Positions 35,503 to 49,167 of a stretch of DNA of 64,000 nucleotides are shown one piece after another. A model generated the notes under the pieces. The model did no database searches and was not told the DNA's origin. It was given only the letters and a program-made list of their open reading frames with translations. Position 1 is the first letter of the stretch. Every line of letters starts with the position of its first letter. The stretch lies in assembly GCA_003971905.1 (NCBI GenBank), contig RSEE01000103.1:1-64000 (forward strand), in the 5' to 3' direction. The position numbers were made by a program, and so were the translations under genes. The stretch comes from Moniliella sp. 'wahieum'. Taxonomy: Eukaryota.

Positions 35503-36891
35503 CCTTCTTCAATTATTTGGGCTTTGGTCTTCCTGAATGCAAATGACGTCTAAGCTGAGCCTCTGAATCTGGACGTCGGTTCCCTTATCTATAAGCGATC
35601 GTTTTTGTTGTGAGATTCTCCCCTCATCCCTTTTTTCGTTGCTGTCTGTTCCCGGGCCTAATTAAGTGTTGGGATCTTTCCTTACTTGCTCTATGCTGCT
35701 TTCAGTTGGAGACACTGATACTGACATGGATTCCGTTCACCTTTCTTCATATGGTTGTCTATCCCTTGTAGATTCTGCCTGTATTACGGCCCTACTTAAT
35801 CCATCATCCTTTCTCCGTAGTGGCGGTCATTTCATCTTTTCCTTCGTCTTCTCCGGCCAAATTCTGTCTCTTCTTCTCGACTTTCTCGTCCTTGTACGAC
35901 ATCCATATTCTTGACCCACCAGGTACTCCTGTGCCACTGTTCATTTACCAGCAGTCCCCTTTCGATCTGTTTCCAGCGACCACACACGCCTTTTGCTCTT
36001 TCCATATCCTTTCAGCCGGGCATCCATTGCCGTATCGATCTCCAGCTTTCAGTCTTTCTTCTTTAATTCCGCAGCGAGATCCTACAAGAGTTATTGAGCT
36101 GTTCTGTCAGAGAGGACCTGTCGTGTCCTCTGTTTCCCTGCGGCAGCCTTCCTGCCAAATCTTCAGGACCACGGACTATAAGCACGCTACTAGCAGTTCT
36201 GCCTGTCCCGGTGCATACACACACCCTTGCCACGTGAGCCGACGCCTCAATTAAATGGCCTCGCATCGTCTCTAGCGCCGTTCGGATCTGCCGGTTGTGT
36301 CTGTGCTGGACCAACCGTGAGAGAACTGACCTCCTCCACGGGAAAGCACCCCTAAACTACGGGTCAGGCTCCAGTTCGCGGCCCGCCCATGAAATATACC
36401 CACCTTCACCTCCTATGGTCCACCGGTTTGCGCCTTCACCTCCCATCTTTGACGATCCATGGGCTCTCCACATTTTCGTCAATCCGTACGACACGGGCAA
36501 CTCAGTCTGTACTCATCCTCCTCCTCCTAGCTGCTCCGTGCTTGGATTCCCCGAATTCAACAACCTGTTTTCAGGCCCAGGCCTGACTACTCACAGTAAC
36601 TCTGTGGGAGGCGAGCAAGGCAAAGGGGATGGTGTGGATGCAATGAGGGGAAGGCAGCCCGGAGGCGCAACAGGAGGGGCGGAACAGAGGCGGAACGGGG
36701 CCGCCTCGCACAAACTCATAGTGACCCGAGTGACTGGGGAGACTAGTCACATGTGAGTCACGTGGGTCACAGTGGCTACGGACTAGTGCCTCCTTTGAGC
36801 CGATGACGTCACCGTCGCGCGCTTATCCTTGTTGAATGGGCTCGGCTCAACCCTTGGAATTGACCACCTTGACCCTTGAGCTTGACCAAGC

Positions 36892-39198
36892 TTGGGCGGT
36901 GAGCATCCCAGTAACCACCAACATATCCCCCGTGACATGGTCCTTGACATCCTTGCCACGGTTCCGTTGGAGGTGGCCATCAAAATCCTCAATTGCGGCG
37001 TTTTGGACGTGCCCAGTGTGCTGGGGCTCGCGCTGGTGTGCAAGCGCTGGCGCGATGTTGTTCACCACGAGACCCTCTGGAGCATGTGGCCTGGCGCACA
37101 GGACTGGTCCCGCTCCACGTCCACCCCACTCCTACTGATGCTCGTACCAGTCTTCTCCAGATCGCTGCCGAGCACCTTTGGGATCGGAGGAAGAGCGTTC
37201 ACAAGTGATATCGTCGGGATCGTGGCGCCGGTTGGTTCTAGCTGCCCATGCGATTTCTGCTCAGCAGGGATACGACCTCAACATTGGATGGAGGGCGATG
37301 CCGCGCGGACAGTGATTCAAGTTCTCGCGCCCCTCAATTTGAAGCAAATTGAGATGGAACGAGAGACATACTCGAGTCTCATCCCGCGCTCCGGGGTTAC
37401 ATTTGGCCCTGACACAGAAACGCCATTCCCTATACTAAACTCTGACTTCGTCATCTTTCCCGGCAACGTGGGTCTATTTTGCGTCCAATGGAATGAGGAG
37501 GTTGGTGACGGAGGGTCGGCTTTGGTTACTTTGGACTCGTCACTGGAGAACTTCTGTTTTTCTCTTCGCGAGAGGACACGACTTTTTGGGCATTTGCCCA
37601 CGACCCTTTACGTCCCGACATTGTCCTGGCTCAAGAAGTATCTCATGGGAGAAGCCCCTCATCGCAAATTGAGGTGCTGCAGGCTGGCTGGATCAACTCA
37701 CCTTCATCCTCTCCCCGAGGCAGTCTGAAAACCATTGGCAGGCTCGGTGCTCAAGGTACATTCATTGCCCATGATGTAGAGAGTATGATCGCATCCGCCT
37801 CGTTCACCCTTATGCTGCAGGCTTTACCTGGACACCAAAGCACTCGCAGTATGGGATGTGACGTCCTGTATGTTCATCTCCCCTTCTGATGGTAGCTTGA
37901 TATTTACATATGACTGTCAGCACTATTCAGAAAGCGATTGACCTCGAGCCATTCTTTGCCGGCTGGGACGGGGCTTCGTTGGATTACCTTGGAGCACAGT
38001 GCGTAACTCCCTCACAAAGCGACAGTAATGCATTTCACCTGTGGCCTGAACCTGGAGTACGTGACTGACCTGCCGATATGCCTGCAGAGATGAAACGACT
38101 TTATCCTCGATCTCGCCACCACAGCATCTACTTTCTCGTGCTGTTTCGGATGCAGTGTGCATTCAGCGCATCCCTCTTGATTTGGACCGTGCTGGCATAG
38201 AAATGACACGCACTAAGGCGGTCCTGTTAGGCTCCCCCAAAGACGGGAATCCGCAGCATCGCGTTTTTCCGCGCTTGGGCGGTTCTTTCCTTACGAATGT
38301 CTTCGTGTCACTCATCCTTCCCAACGGCTTCCGATACTGGTGTGTTGATGAGGGGCCTCCGATTGACGTGCGTATATCCTGTTTGGTCTCCTCAATTCTG
38401 AGTTACCCAGTTTACTGATTTGATGAGTGGATACAGCCACGCAGGTGCCCTGCTTTCTTCCTCATGGAGGTCATACAGCAGGACACGTCCACGGCATGCT
38501 CGTCATCGTATTGGAAGAGCAATTACTACTGGTTCCCATCCCATGGCTACTGGATCGTACAGAATATGTTGGCCCAGTTCCTCAATATGACTTGCCAGCG
38601 CCTCAAGAACCGATTCTACTGGACCTCAACGGGTTTCCGGGTGGTGGCATGTCCCCCAAAAGGATTTCTTGGAATCCAGACGTGGCCGTATTTCGGTTCA
38701 TGGCGGAAAAGTGCTTTGGGGCCAATACGTTGATCGATTATGCCTGCCATGCGCCACACGCATCTTGGTCGACTTCTCAATGTGGGTAACGAATGGGGCA
38801 GCGAATTGCCAACGGCAACATCGGATTCCCTTGTGCTCCACCTGACACACCAACACACATCGTCCGCACATTGGCATTCAATCTTATTCCTTCCGATGCG
38901 TTCAACTTATGCGGAAGCGCCTTCGTGGTTTGCACTGCTGACAGACCATCCTACGACGACCAAGACGATTCTGATGACGATCGTATCGATTGACTGGGAC
39001 GTCGATTCTCCGGCAAGAAATAAGTATGCTGAAACGCTGCCTTCTCCAGACGCTATTCCTCCGCCGTGCAGGGGACTACCTACCTCCTTCGCATTGACTT
39101 TGATGCGTCGTATCGCCTGGCTCGCACAACCGCCCTACCACCGCCTCATTCTTGGCGTCTGGGGCCAGCGCGACCTGTATTCTCGTGTGTATTCCTGA
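36892..39198 (+). CDS. F-box domain protein (multi-exon, C-terminal part unrecognised)
   Basis: DILATVPLEVAIKILNCGVLDVPSVLGLALVCKRWRDVVHHETLW fits the F-box consensus; downstream ORF pieces are separated by intron-like segments; ends uncertain. Confidence 0.7.
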
Positions 39199-39703
39199 TG
39201 TTGGTGTGATATGATGGGAATACTACGCTCATGTAGCACACGTGCACGGCAGTCTACAGTGCCCCACGAAATAGTAGCAGTGCTGCTATGATATTGTATC
39301 CGCTTGGCTCTGGCGCACACGCTGGAGAAGCATGTTTTGCTGCTCTGGTTGCATCGGTCCATCGACGCGGGAGACCCACACGAAAAGGGCAGGAGGTGGC
39401 CTGAAGGCGAGGCGGGCCCTGGCGTATGTATACTCGGGCACACTCGGCGTCGCTAGAGTGCAGCGTGAATCTTCAGGTGAAGCTTGGGGTGACCGGTCAG
39501 GCTCGGGTGGGTGAGGTCATGTGACCTCACCGATGCCCCCCGTCACCAAGGCCCCCGCTGGCCATTGCACCGAACCCCCATGTCTGCGGCCGGCTGAGAT
39601 GCGCCGCGGTGGGTTGGCCAGACGACGCGACAGCCTGGGCGGCTACCACCACCACCACCACCACCACCACTACCTCCTCCCTTGTCCAATTGGCGCGGCG
39701 GCC

Positions 39704-40856
39704 ATGGCGAACGCGACGGTGCGCGATGCCAAGTGGGTGCACAGCACCAACCCGCAGTTTCTGCTGGACCAAGTGCTGCGGACGCGCATCTACGACAGTC
39801 GGTATTGGAAAGAGCAGTGTTTTGCGTTGAATGCAGCGTCGCTGTTGGACCGGGCGGTGGAGGTGCAGGCTGTGGGCGGTACGGTGGGCGCAAGGCAAAA
39901 GCCCACGCCGTTCTTGGCTTTGACACTCAAGTTGCTCCAGATCCAGCCACAGCGGGAAATCGTGCTGGAGTACTTGGCTGCCTCGGAGTTCAAGTACCTC
40001 CAAGCCCTTGCTGCGTTCTACATTCGTCTCACTTTTTCCGCAGTGGATATTTACGAGCTGCTGGAACCGCTGTTGGAGGATTACCGTAAACTGCGGTATG
40101 CCCAACCGAGTATGTCATCTAAATCGTCTTTGCTCTCCCTCTCATTGTCCCCCTTGTGCTGCCGCGGGGCTCAACCCACTGACCCAACCGTCTGATTGAC
40201 TTGCCCTTGCAGGCGGGGAGTTTCGGCTGACGCACATGGACGAATTTGTGGATGAGTTGTTGACTGAGGCAAGGGTGTGCGATGTGACGTTGCCGCGCCT
40301 GGCCAAGCGAGCGGTGGTAGAGGCCAACGAGGGGTTGCCACCGCGCGTGTCGCCGTTGGAAGATGCGCTGTTGGCCGGGACAGGCAGCGGGGAGGATTCA
40401 GATGACTCGACGCCGGAGCGGCAAGCGCGCAAGCAGAAGTTGCGCCATGCCAAGCTGCTCCGCCAAGAGCGCGAGCGACAAAGGGCGTTGCGCACGCACC
40501 ACCCTGGCTCGCCACACGGCAAGAGGAAGAAGAGATCGATTACCCTTCCCAAGAACTCTCTTCGGCCGACGACAATGACGATGACGCCGACGACGTCGGC
40601 TACATCTCCCGCAGCCCCAGTCGGAGTGTCAGCCCGGACCGGCGCCCATCGGGGGAACCGAGCCAAGTCGCGAACCCAGTCTCCCTCTCCCTCCCCGCCT
40701 CGTTCTCCCGATGCGATGAGCTACCAGTCTCGCTCTCCCTCTCGCTCCCCCGACCGGGCTTTGTCTCCCGGCTATCAATCTCGCTCTCCTTCCCGGTCGC
40801 CGGGAGGTAACGGCTCAAGGCTCAAGGCTCAAGGCTCGAGGTGGTGGTCTGGTTGA
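39704..40856 (+). CDS. PRP38: Pre-mRNA splicing factor Prp38 (PRP38A-like)
   Basis: MANATVRDAKWVHSTNPQFL..RIYDSRYWKEQCFALNA, KPTPFLALTLKLLQIQP, FKYLQALAAFYIRL, LLEDYRKLR; intron near 40110-40212; THMDEFVDELL..RVCDVTLPRL; SRSP-rich tail. Confidence 0.95.
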
Positions 40857-41069
40857 TCCAATGGGATTGGGTCAGACAACAAGTCAATGGATTGAACGTG
40901 CGTGTCATGGAGAGAAAAGATGCTGCGGCCCCGCTCGAGAATGGGGGGAGGGGAGTGGAGGGGGGTAAGGGACAAAACAAAACAAAACCAAAACCAAAAC
41001 CAAGACCAAAAGATGTATGAGGTCCACGGGGAGAAAGCGAAGGAGAGGGATAGAATAGCGAATGGCAAT

Positions 41070-44000
41070 TCAGGATAAGTACGGGGACTGACCACAGCCA
41101 CAACCGGTGTCATGGGGCACTCGCCCTTGGCCAATCGATGAGCGCGTGCGCGGGCCCAGGAACGTGACTCTTCTGCCCGCACGCGCCGACGGACCGAGGC
41201 AAGCATGCGCGGTGTTTCGCCATACAGCAGCTCGTAGTCGCATAACAAACACACCCACTCGTCCGGAAACAAAGCGTTGGACGTGCTGGGGTGGTCGAGG
41301 CACCCGGGGGAATCGCACTGGCCGTCTGGTGGGGAGAAGGAGAGGTGGCCCCCTTGGTTTCTCTGCTGCCACCTCTTGGCGCCCAATTGGAGCGGTGGTG
41401 CACATTGTTCATCGTTGCCTTTGCACGGCGCGAGATCTTTTTGGGTTTGGATTTGGATTTGTGTCCCGCCGGGTCGGGTGAGGGTTGGCTCTTGCACCGT
41501 GGGTAGGTGGGGGGGTTGATCCTGCCCTGGGCGCACCACGCTCGGCCTGGGAAGGAGTAGGTCGTCGGCTCGACGCCGCAGGGAGCGACGACTCAAACGG
41601 GCTGGACTCAGCCACCTCATCCAACGACCCAACCAATCCTGATTCCTCCTTCTCCAGCTTCTCCAGCTTCTCCAGCTCTCTTGTGTCACATTCTTCTCCT
41701 TCCTCTCCTTCGTGTTCACTTCTGCCTCTTGCTTGCTTATTGCAGGCGGCACCACCACCGCCCCCTCATCCCTCTCCACCTCTTCTCCCCATACTTCTCC
41801 GCGTCCGTTCGCGCCCCCCCAGGTCCCTGCACCGTGGCCCCTCGCGTCGTACTAGCCCGACGGGGACCAGAAGCGGGCAACATACGTCCGATTCCGATCG
41901 GGGGCGCGAGGGGCGATGCAGCGGGCTGCACCGGTGCCGGGACTGGTGCAGGCGCTTCGGCCCGTGGCAGCAGAGCCGGTCGCAGCGCCGCTTGGCCGCC
42001 TTGATCGCCCCGTGCAGTCTGGATCCAGTGGACCGTGGGTGTGCCGAGGCCGGCGGGAGTGAGGTCCTCAGGGCGTGCGTCGCGGGCGCGGGCCAGTTGT
42101 CGCTCGGCAGCCAAAATGGCCGATAGGCAGGGACCGAGATGGTGTAGCCACCGAGGAGGCCTGTGGTGGGGTCCAGCGGACGAGCGGGCGCAATCGCGGG
42201 GCAAAATAGGCCAATTGAGGCACTTTGGTCGGAGGCAAGAGCGGGGGGAAGGTAAATCGACGAGGGGAGCTTGAAAAAGAGCGAGACGTCAATGGTAGGA
42301 CCAGCCAATTGAGAGCTTGAATGGGCGGCCGAGGCAATGGAGCAGGGGAAGAAGCGATAGGCCAGGAGACCAGTGGGGGGTGCCACTGAATGGCTTGGTC
42401 TGTGGTCCCGGAGACGGAGACAGAGGCCGAGGCCGAGAGAGTCGATCGTCGTCTTTGGACTCTTTACGCGGGCACGCAGTTGGGCGAGGGAGGGACGGGG
42501 AGCACGAGGCTTGTTGTGGGCCTGGGCCTTGGCTTTCTTTCAGCTTTGGACAACTTTTTCTTCTTGGCCGGCTGGGGCATCGGGACGCGGGCCGTCAAAC
42601 CAGGCAACCTGCTTTCCCGTGGATCGAACCATGCCGTCCCATCGGCCGCACGGGTGGGTCAAGAACGTAATGAAAGGGAGGTGTAGAGGAAATGCGAGGG
42701 TGGGGGAAGATATTCCAGTCGGTCTCGGTCTCGGTCGCATTCGGAAGGGAGGGTGGAGGGCTCGGAGGCGCGCCAGATAGGCGGTGCGGATGAGACGAGT
42801 GACGCTCCCGAGAGAGTGGGGGACGCGAGAAGGAGGTTCATGGCCCAGCTGGGTGGGGCGCACAAGGAACAAGTTGGACACAGCTTGGTAGCGGGCCGCA
42901 CTAATGTGTTTGTTGGCGGGTTGGCCACTGAGGAGGTAGAGGCAGCATCCGAGAAGCAACCGGTGCCTTCTTCGGACTTGGGCCGGACAGACTTGCGTTT
43001 TTTGTTGTTTCCGGGACACCCGGACCAAGGGGTCAGCTCGGAGGCATACTCATCATCGTATGTCTCCCCGTCCCCATTACCCCCTTCCTCCTCCTCTTTC
43101 TTCGTCTTCCCCATCTTCCCCGTCCTCATCCTCGTCTTCCTCTTCCTCCCCCTCCCCTTCTTCTTCCGCTACGTCCCCTTCTTCGCCCTGTCCCCCTTTC
43201 TCCTCACTAGTGTCGGGAACTGTGAGCTGAAAGGGTGCGTGGGCCAAGCGGGGAGAAGCGATTTAGAAGGAAAGAAAGGAAAGGCTTCCGGCGTGGTCCC
43301 CAGATGCCGAAAGAGGGTGGAGGATCAAACCGTTGAGACGGGTGGGGGGCCTGCTGATCCCAAAGGGAAGGGCCGTGCTGGTCGTGCCAGGCAGGCTGGG
43401 TCCGGCGCCGGGATGAACGGCAGGGATGGTGAAGGGGCAGGGACTGGGGCTGGTATGGGATGGGGGCGCGGCGCTGGCCAAGAAGGCTTCGCTGTGCTGG
43501 CGAATGGAGTCGACAGCCGAGCGGAGGCGGGCCATGGTGGGTAAAGGGCTGTAGGGGAGGGTTAACAGGGGGGTATGTGTGGCGAGCGGGGCTTCGGAGA
43601 TAACAGCGGAGGAGGAAGAGAAGATGGAGACGGGATGGAGATGAAGATGGAAAAGGAGAAAGAGAAAGAAACGAAGGCGAGGGCGCAGGAGGGCCCGAAA
43701 GGCAAGCTGAAAGTGCGTTGGCCGTCTGTTCGGATGCGTCGAGGAGGGCGGCGGAGGCATGGCGCAGGTCACAGAGCAGCGCCTGGTGCGGCAGATGAGA
43801 CGGGGCTGGCGGCGCGCGCGCAGCAGAAGGTCAGTGTCGGGTGGATGCGGCGGGCGGGAGAGCGGGTGGGGGTCGTCGGGATCGTCGGGATCGGGATCAG
43901 GGTCGGGGAGGGTGGTGTTGTGGGTGAGGCAGGACAGGTCGGCGCTGGCGGTGGTGGAGTGGCTGGACTGACGCGTGTGGGAGCGGGCGGGGGAGAGGGA

Positions 44001-44228
44001 GGCGGTGCTGGAGGCCGAGGTGGGCAGCGGGGGGGGGCGGTCGCGGCGGGAGGGCGAGCGCGAACGGTGGGGCAGCGCCTGGGGAGCACAGCAGACAAGC
44101 AGGGAAGAGGTCAGGTCAGGTCACGCAGGCATCCCGGCCGCCTCTGCGCCGCTGTGCGCATCAGCACATGGCTGCGCCCCGACTGCACTCACCTTGATGG
44201 CGCGCTCGGCCAGAGGGAGGGCGCACAT
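41070..44228 (-). CDS. Hypothetical low-complexity protein with a C-terminal Cys motif (EWVCLLCDYELLYG)
   Basis: ATG at 44228, intron 44079-44192 (GTGAGT..CTGAC..CAG), chained minus ORFs, acidic tract, CDSPGC..H..EWVCLLCDYELLYG; 3' end uncertain. Confidence 0.55.
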
Positions 44229-44261
44229 GGGGGTGAGGAGGGGGAGGGGGAGGGGGTGGAA

Positions 44262-44350
44262 GTGGAGGGGGAGATGGAGGGGAGATGGAGGGGGAGATGG
44301 AGGGGGAGATGGAGGTGGAGGTGAGGTGGAGGTGAGGTGGAGGTGAGGTG
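44262..44350 (+). repeat. Purine-rich tandem repeats (GGAGGGGGAGAT)n and (GGAGGTGAGGT)n
   Basis: Read directly; lies in the divergent intergenic region before the epimerase gene. Confidence 0.8.
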
Positions 44351-45208
44351 GCCGCGGGCAGAGGAGGCGTGGTCTGAGCGGTGCGGCTGAAGCGGGCCGC
44401 AGTGCTGGCTGGTGCCGGCGTTCTGCTGAAACAATGCTGCTCCACCTGCCCACCGCCGCGCACACCCCTTCCGCCCGCCCACCCCGCCTTTCGCCCCGCC
44501 GCCACTCCGCCGCCCACGTGCAATTTCAACTCCGCCCTCGGCCGCCCGCGCATCGATCGGGCCGCAGGCTGCCCGCCGCACGGCGCCCGTGTCGATCGGA
44601 CGGCCAGCCCCCGCACAGTGCGTGTGTGCCCCACGCCACAGCCGCCGTGCAGGCTCATCGGCCATGGGCACATGGGCTGTGTCCTGCTCCTGGCGGGCCC
44701 TGCCATTCGCCAGTGACCTGGTGGCGTGTGTCACAAGTCACGCGTTACGCACCACGCTGCCGTGCAGGCCAGCTGCCGGCCGCATGCGTGCCCGCACCAC
44801 GCCGCCCGCAGCCTGAGATCGGAGATCGGGATGCATGATGCATGATCGCTGCCTCATCGATCGCTCGATCACCCGATCACTAGCACTTCCCTCCCGAGCG
44901 CCGAAGTGTCCACCACCCAAGCCAGCCAGCAGCCCCAAAGCCACACTGGCACGCTGCGTCGCCATCGGCGCTCGTCCCGCCTTCCTCCCCCTCAGCCTCC
45001 GCCTTCCCCGGCGCCCCCCCCCCCCACCACCACTCGGCTGCCCAGCGCACTGCTGCTGCCCACCCGCCCTCCTCGCGTCCCGCCTCTTGGCCCGCCCCCG
45101 TCCCCGCGCGCAGGTCGTCCCCGCTCTTGTGTGCGTCTATTGTGCCTGCGCCCTCCGTCCGTCCGTCCGACCGTCCGTCCGTCCGTCCGTCCATCCGTCC
45201 GCTCTGCC

Positions 45209-46055
45209 ATGCCCCCTCTGCGCCTTCGCTACATTGATGCCGCCGAGGCCGCCGCCATCGACGCTGTGCTCCTGTCCCCTGCCAACGGCTTCAGCCTAGA
45301 GCAGCTCATGGAGCTCGCCGGCCTGGCGTGCGCCCAAACTGTGCTCGAGTGCTACCCTCCCTACGCCTTCACGTCCATTCTCGTCGCTGCCGGTCCTGGC
45401 AACCAGGGCGGGGATGGGTTGGTGGCTGCGCGCCATCTCCCCACTTTGGGTACGATGTGCAGGTGTGGGTGTCCGCATCCGAAGCAGGCGCCGCTGTTTG
45501 ACCGTCTGTTTGCCCAGCTGCGTGCGCTCCACATCCCCCTCCTCTCGCTCGACGACTTTGAAGATGCGTACATGCAATGCGACGTGGTCCTCGATGCCAT
45601 CTTTGGCTTTTCCTTCCAGGGGCCTGTGCGCGAGGGCGCGTTTAAGGATGCGATTGATCTGCTCAAAAACGACTCGCTGATGGAATTTGAGTACCGTCGC
45701 AAACGGCCGCCGATTGTCTCGGTCGATATCCCGAGCGCATGGGACGTGGACAGGGGCAACATCTACCACTCCTTTACCCCGCATGTCTTGCTCAGCCTCA
45801 CCGTACCCAGCGAGCCGCCGCTCACTTTACCGGCCAGCACTTTCTCGGCGGCCGCGTTGTGCCGGACGACCTGGACCGTACCACAACCTCTTCCTCCCTG
45901 CCTTTCCCGGTGCCTCGCAGATTGTCGACATTACCGGCGCACGCGCCCTGGAAGAACCGAGATTGCCGAATATGGAACAGCGGGACCGGGACCCGTCGTC
46001 GCCTTCGGCTGGCTCGGGGGCCTGCAGCGCACCGTCGCCAGTTGAATTGGCATAA
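45209..46055 (+). CDS. NNR1: NAD(P)H-hydrate epimerase (YjeF_N family)
   Basis: AAAIDAVLLS..FSLEQLMELAGLACAQ, GPGNQGGDGLVAARHL, VLDAIFGFSFQGPVR, IVSVDIPSAWDVD, HFLGGR; 3' part frameshifted. Confidence 0.93.
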
Positions 46056-46920
46056 TATGTATTATGTGACGTTCTGGCCTCTTGGCGTTTCGGTCTTTCT
46101 GTTACCACTTTCCTCGTTTCCCTTTGCAACGTGTCGAGCAGCGTTGTTGGATTCTTTCCCCCCCATTTGTTATGTCCTTCGCACAGCTCCTGCCTACCTC
46201 CCCTCCGAGCTCCACGCCCCCCTGCCATACCCCCCCCCCCCCCTCTCTCTCTGGCTGGCAGACCGTGGGCGTGAGCCGGCCGGGTTTCCTTCTTCTTTTC
46301 TCCCTTCTTCTCTCCCGGCACCCATACATCCCGGCGCATCTCATGCTTGTGCTTACCTGTGATACCTGTTCGGCCTATTTGGCTTTGCTGGTCCATGTCC
46401 CCAATTCATCTCTGTCCCGTTTGGTCCCGTTTGTCCGTTTGATCTCCTTTGCCCTCATTTGTACGACGGCGTTGCCTCTCTCATACCATCCCACCGCCTC
46501 ATCTATCCCCCCCGACCCTCAGGATGAGCTGCCCCTTGTGTTGGTTGCCCTTCCGACGGTTTTCCGCGACACCTTGTATCATCGCACCGTGTGCATGATG
46601 GTCCCTCGTTTCCTCCACCGCCCCGCGTTCTTATATCCATACTGCCCCCTCGGGTTGCGTGAACGACAAAACGTTGCATTCACAGTCTCTTACTCACTAC
46701 CTCCTACCCCGCTGGAGGAGGAAACCAAGACAGACAGTCGGAGGCGCGCCGGAGGGGAAGCAGGGCGGAGGCAGGGTTATCGGTTGGTTACTGGTTACCC
46801 CAGCGCCCTACAGTCAGCTATAGTCAGATCTGAGCCTCAGATTCGACCTTGGGCCTTGCTGGACTGCAACATTAACATTCAACAATTCAACGTCCTCCTC
46901 GCCGCGCCAAAAAATCAAAT

Positions 46921-47026
46921 CGACACCTGTGAGATTCGAACTCACGCCCTCAGAGAGGATTCGCTGGCCCTTGAAGCAAGGTGCTACACATAGCAGGCGA
47001 ACGGGTAACCACTGCCCTAAAGTGTC
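46921..47026 (-). tRNA. tRNA-Ser(GCT) with 25-nt intron (46966-46990)
   Basis: Acceptor GACACTT/AGGTGTC plus G73, D arm GGG..CCC, anticodon stem TTCGC/GCGAA with CT-GCT-A, long variable arm, GTGAG-TTCGAAT-CTCAC, downstream T6. Confidence 0.93.
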
Positions 47027-48204
47027 GCTTGGTGGAAGTTTTGCCGCACACCATAGACCAGCTCGCCTACCAGAAAGCATCTTCTCCTTACGATGCAATT
47101 GCGTTCCCATTGCGCACAGAGAAAGCCAGCCCGCCTCGCTACGTATCAAGGAAGTCCCAGAGACCCACCACGCCGAATCTGCCCTGTCTCTACTGTTTTA
47201 TCTCTCGCCTACGCCTCCATCCTCATCGCCTGCGGTTCGAGATCAGTGGGGCATTGGCAGCGGTACACACGCACCTCCCGTGGTGTTGCCGCGGCTGAAT
47301 ACGTACGTTGAACAGGGTCTTGGTATGAATGTGGTGGGGGGAGGTATCCGTATAATAGCTGTACTACTGTGCCCACTCGCCTCGAAAATATAGGCGCTTC
47401 GTATTGTTCCCGTCGGCGCGTCAGGCCGCAAGCAGGTCCTAAGTTGGAGTCAGAGCGAATGCCCTAATGCAAACGGACCAGGACCCGGTGTTGTCTGCCT
47501 CTCTTCATGTCCTGGTCAGGGCGCACGTGCAAGAGACATTCATGCGGGTGATCGTCTGGGTGCCGATGGTAAGGTGTCAAGTTGAGATGTTGAGGTGCTT
47601 GGCACATGGTGACTAGTGACTGTCGTTCCTAGTTCTGTCCCCGAGGACGGAGCAACACGGAGCAACACTCATGCCCTGTAGAAAATTGCGCGGGACCGGG
47701 ACATAGGAGAGAGAGAAAACGTGGGGCCAGTAGGCAAACATTGAGACCAGCGGCTGTAGAGATAACAGTCGCGGTTGCTACGGATGTGGAACCCGTCAGG
47801 GAGGCCCCAACCCAAGGACCTCGACCATCGATCATGCGTCTGTGCCTTGTCTCTTCACCTGGGGAGATCTAGGCTCCGATCGCATTTTGACAACGGGTTT
47901 GCGCATCCACGTTCGTGAATGGTTTTGAAACGCATATGGGTAGCGCAGGAATCCCACAGAGGAGGGGATAGAGTAGGTGAATTAGTATAAGCGCTGGCAG
48001 GGCTACCCCGCCCCTCGAGAACGACATCTATGGAGAGACCGTCAGTTGGGACATGTGCATACGAGAAGAAAAGGACTGTATACTAAGGTCGGAGACACGG
48101 GGACAGACGACAACCACACTCACGGAGCAATGATTAATGGATTGAGAATGAGAAAAATGTATAAAGCGATGGAATCGAGCACAGATGGCTAAAGCAGCAG
48201 AGGT

Positions 48205-48465
48205 GTTGGTTGAGCCACCGCGGGGTGGGTCGTGTTTTTGGCCAACGTCCTTTTAGTCCCAGGATCCTCAGGCTCAATTTCTAATAGAGTTCCGTTGTTT
48301 TTTCCCCTCCTGGTTTCTGTTTTCCTTGTTCCGCAGTCCAGCTCCTGGTGGTGACTGGCTGCTTGATGTTCTCCTCTGTAATAGGCGTTGCTGGCTGGCT
48401 TATAGTTCACCACCACCAGTGCAATTGTAAACACATCGATGACAGGTGTTTCTCTTGTGAGGAGG
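48205..48465 (+). repeat. Diverged dispersed repeat family B, copy 2
   Basis: Aligns with the reverse complement of 34370-34625. Confidence 0.8.
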
Positions 48466-49167
48466 CCGGTGAGGGTTTCGGATAGTATAACAGGGACACA
48501 CAGGCACTTCGGCTGAGGGCGAAGCAATGGAGAGGGAGATGAAGCTGAAGAGGGGAATAGGAAACAGATGCGGTGGGAAGCAAGTCGGCGAAGAGAACTT
48601 AGCAATGCAATGTGCAGTTTAAGCCGATACCTTTTCTTGTCAAAAAACGCGCAGTAGGGCCCAAACGGGCGAGAGAAGAGACAAGATACGAGCCAGAGAG
48701 GTGGCAAAAAGGCCATCTGTGCGATCGAACAAGACCGAGCACAGGCCAGATTGGGGCGGGGGCATCTGTCAATATTCAATGTCATGGACGATCACCGGTC
48801 ATCGATCATCGGGTATTTCTAAGATCTCATAGGCTAATCAACGATGGCTGGTGGAGGAGGCCGCAGTGGGTCGGCAAACGCAGTCTAGTTAGTCACGCGC
48901 CGGCGCCAAACGCCAAGACTCCAAAGCCACGCGCAGACGGCCGCTGTGGTGCGATCGCAAATCTGCAGGAACACACGCCGTGCCGGCAGTGTGCTGCTGT
49001 GCCTGGTGTGCCGCCAATCTGACATGGCGCATCAGCGCCTGATGCATGATGCCTGGTGCACGCTCGATGCATGATCCCTCGATGTGCCTGCCACGGCACA
49101 ATTTTAGCGCTTCTTGCCACTTTGTCCCCAAGCCACCACCCCCACCACCCCATCCGCCCCATCCGCC

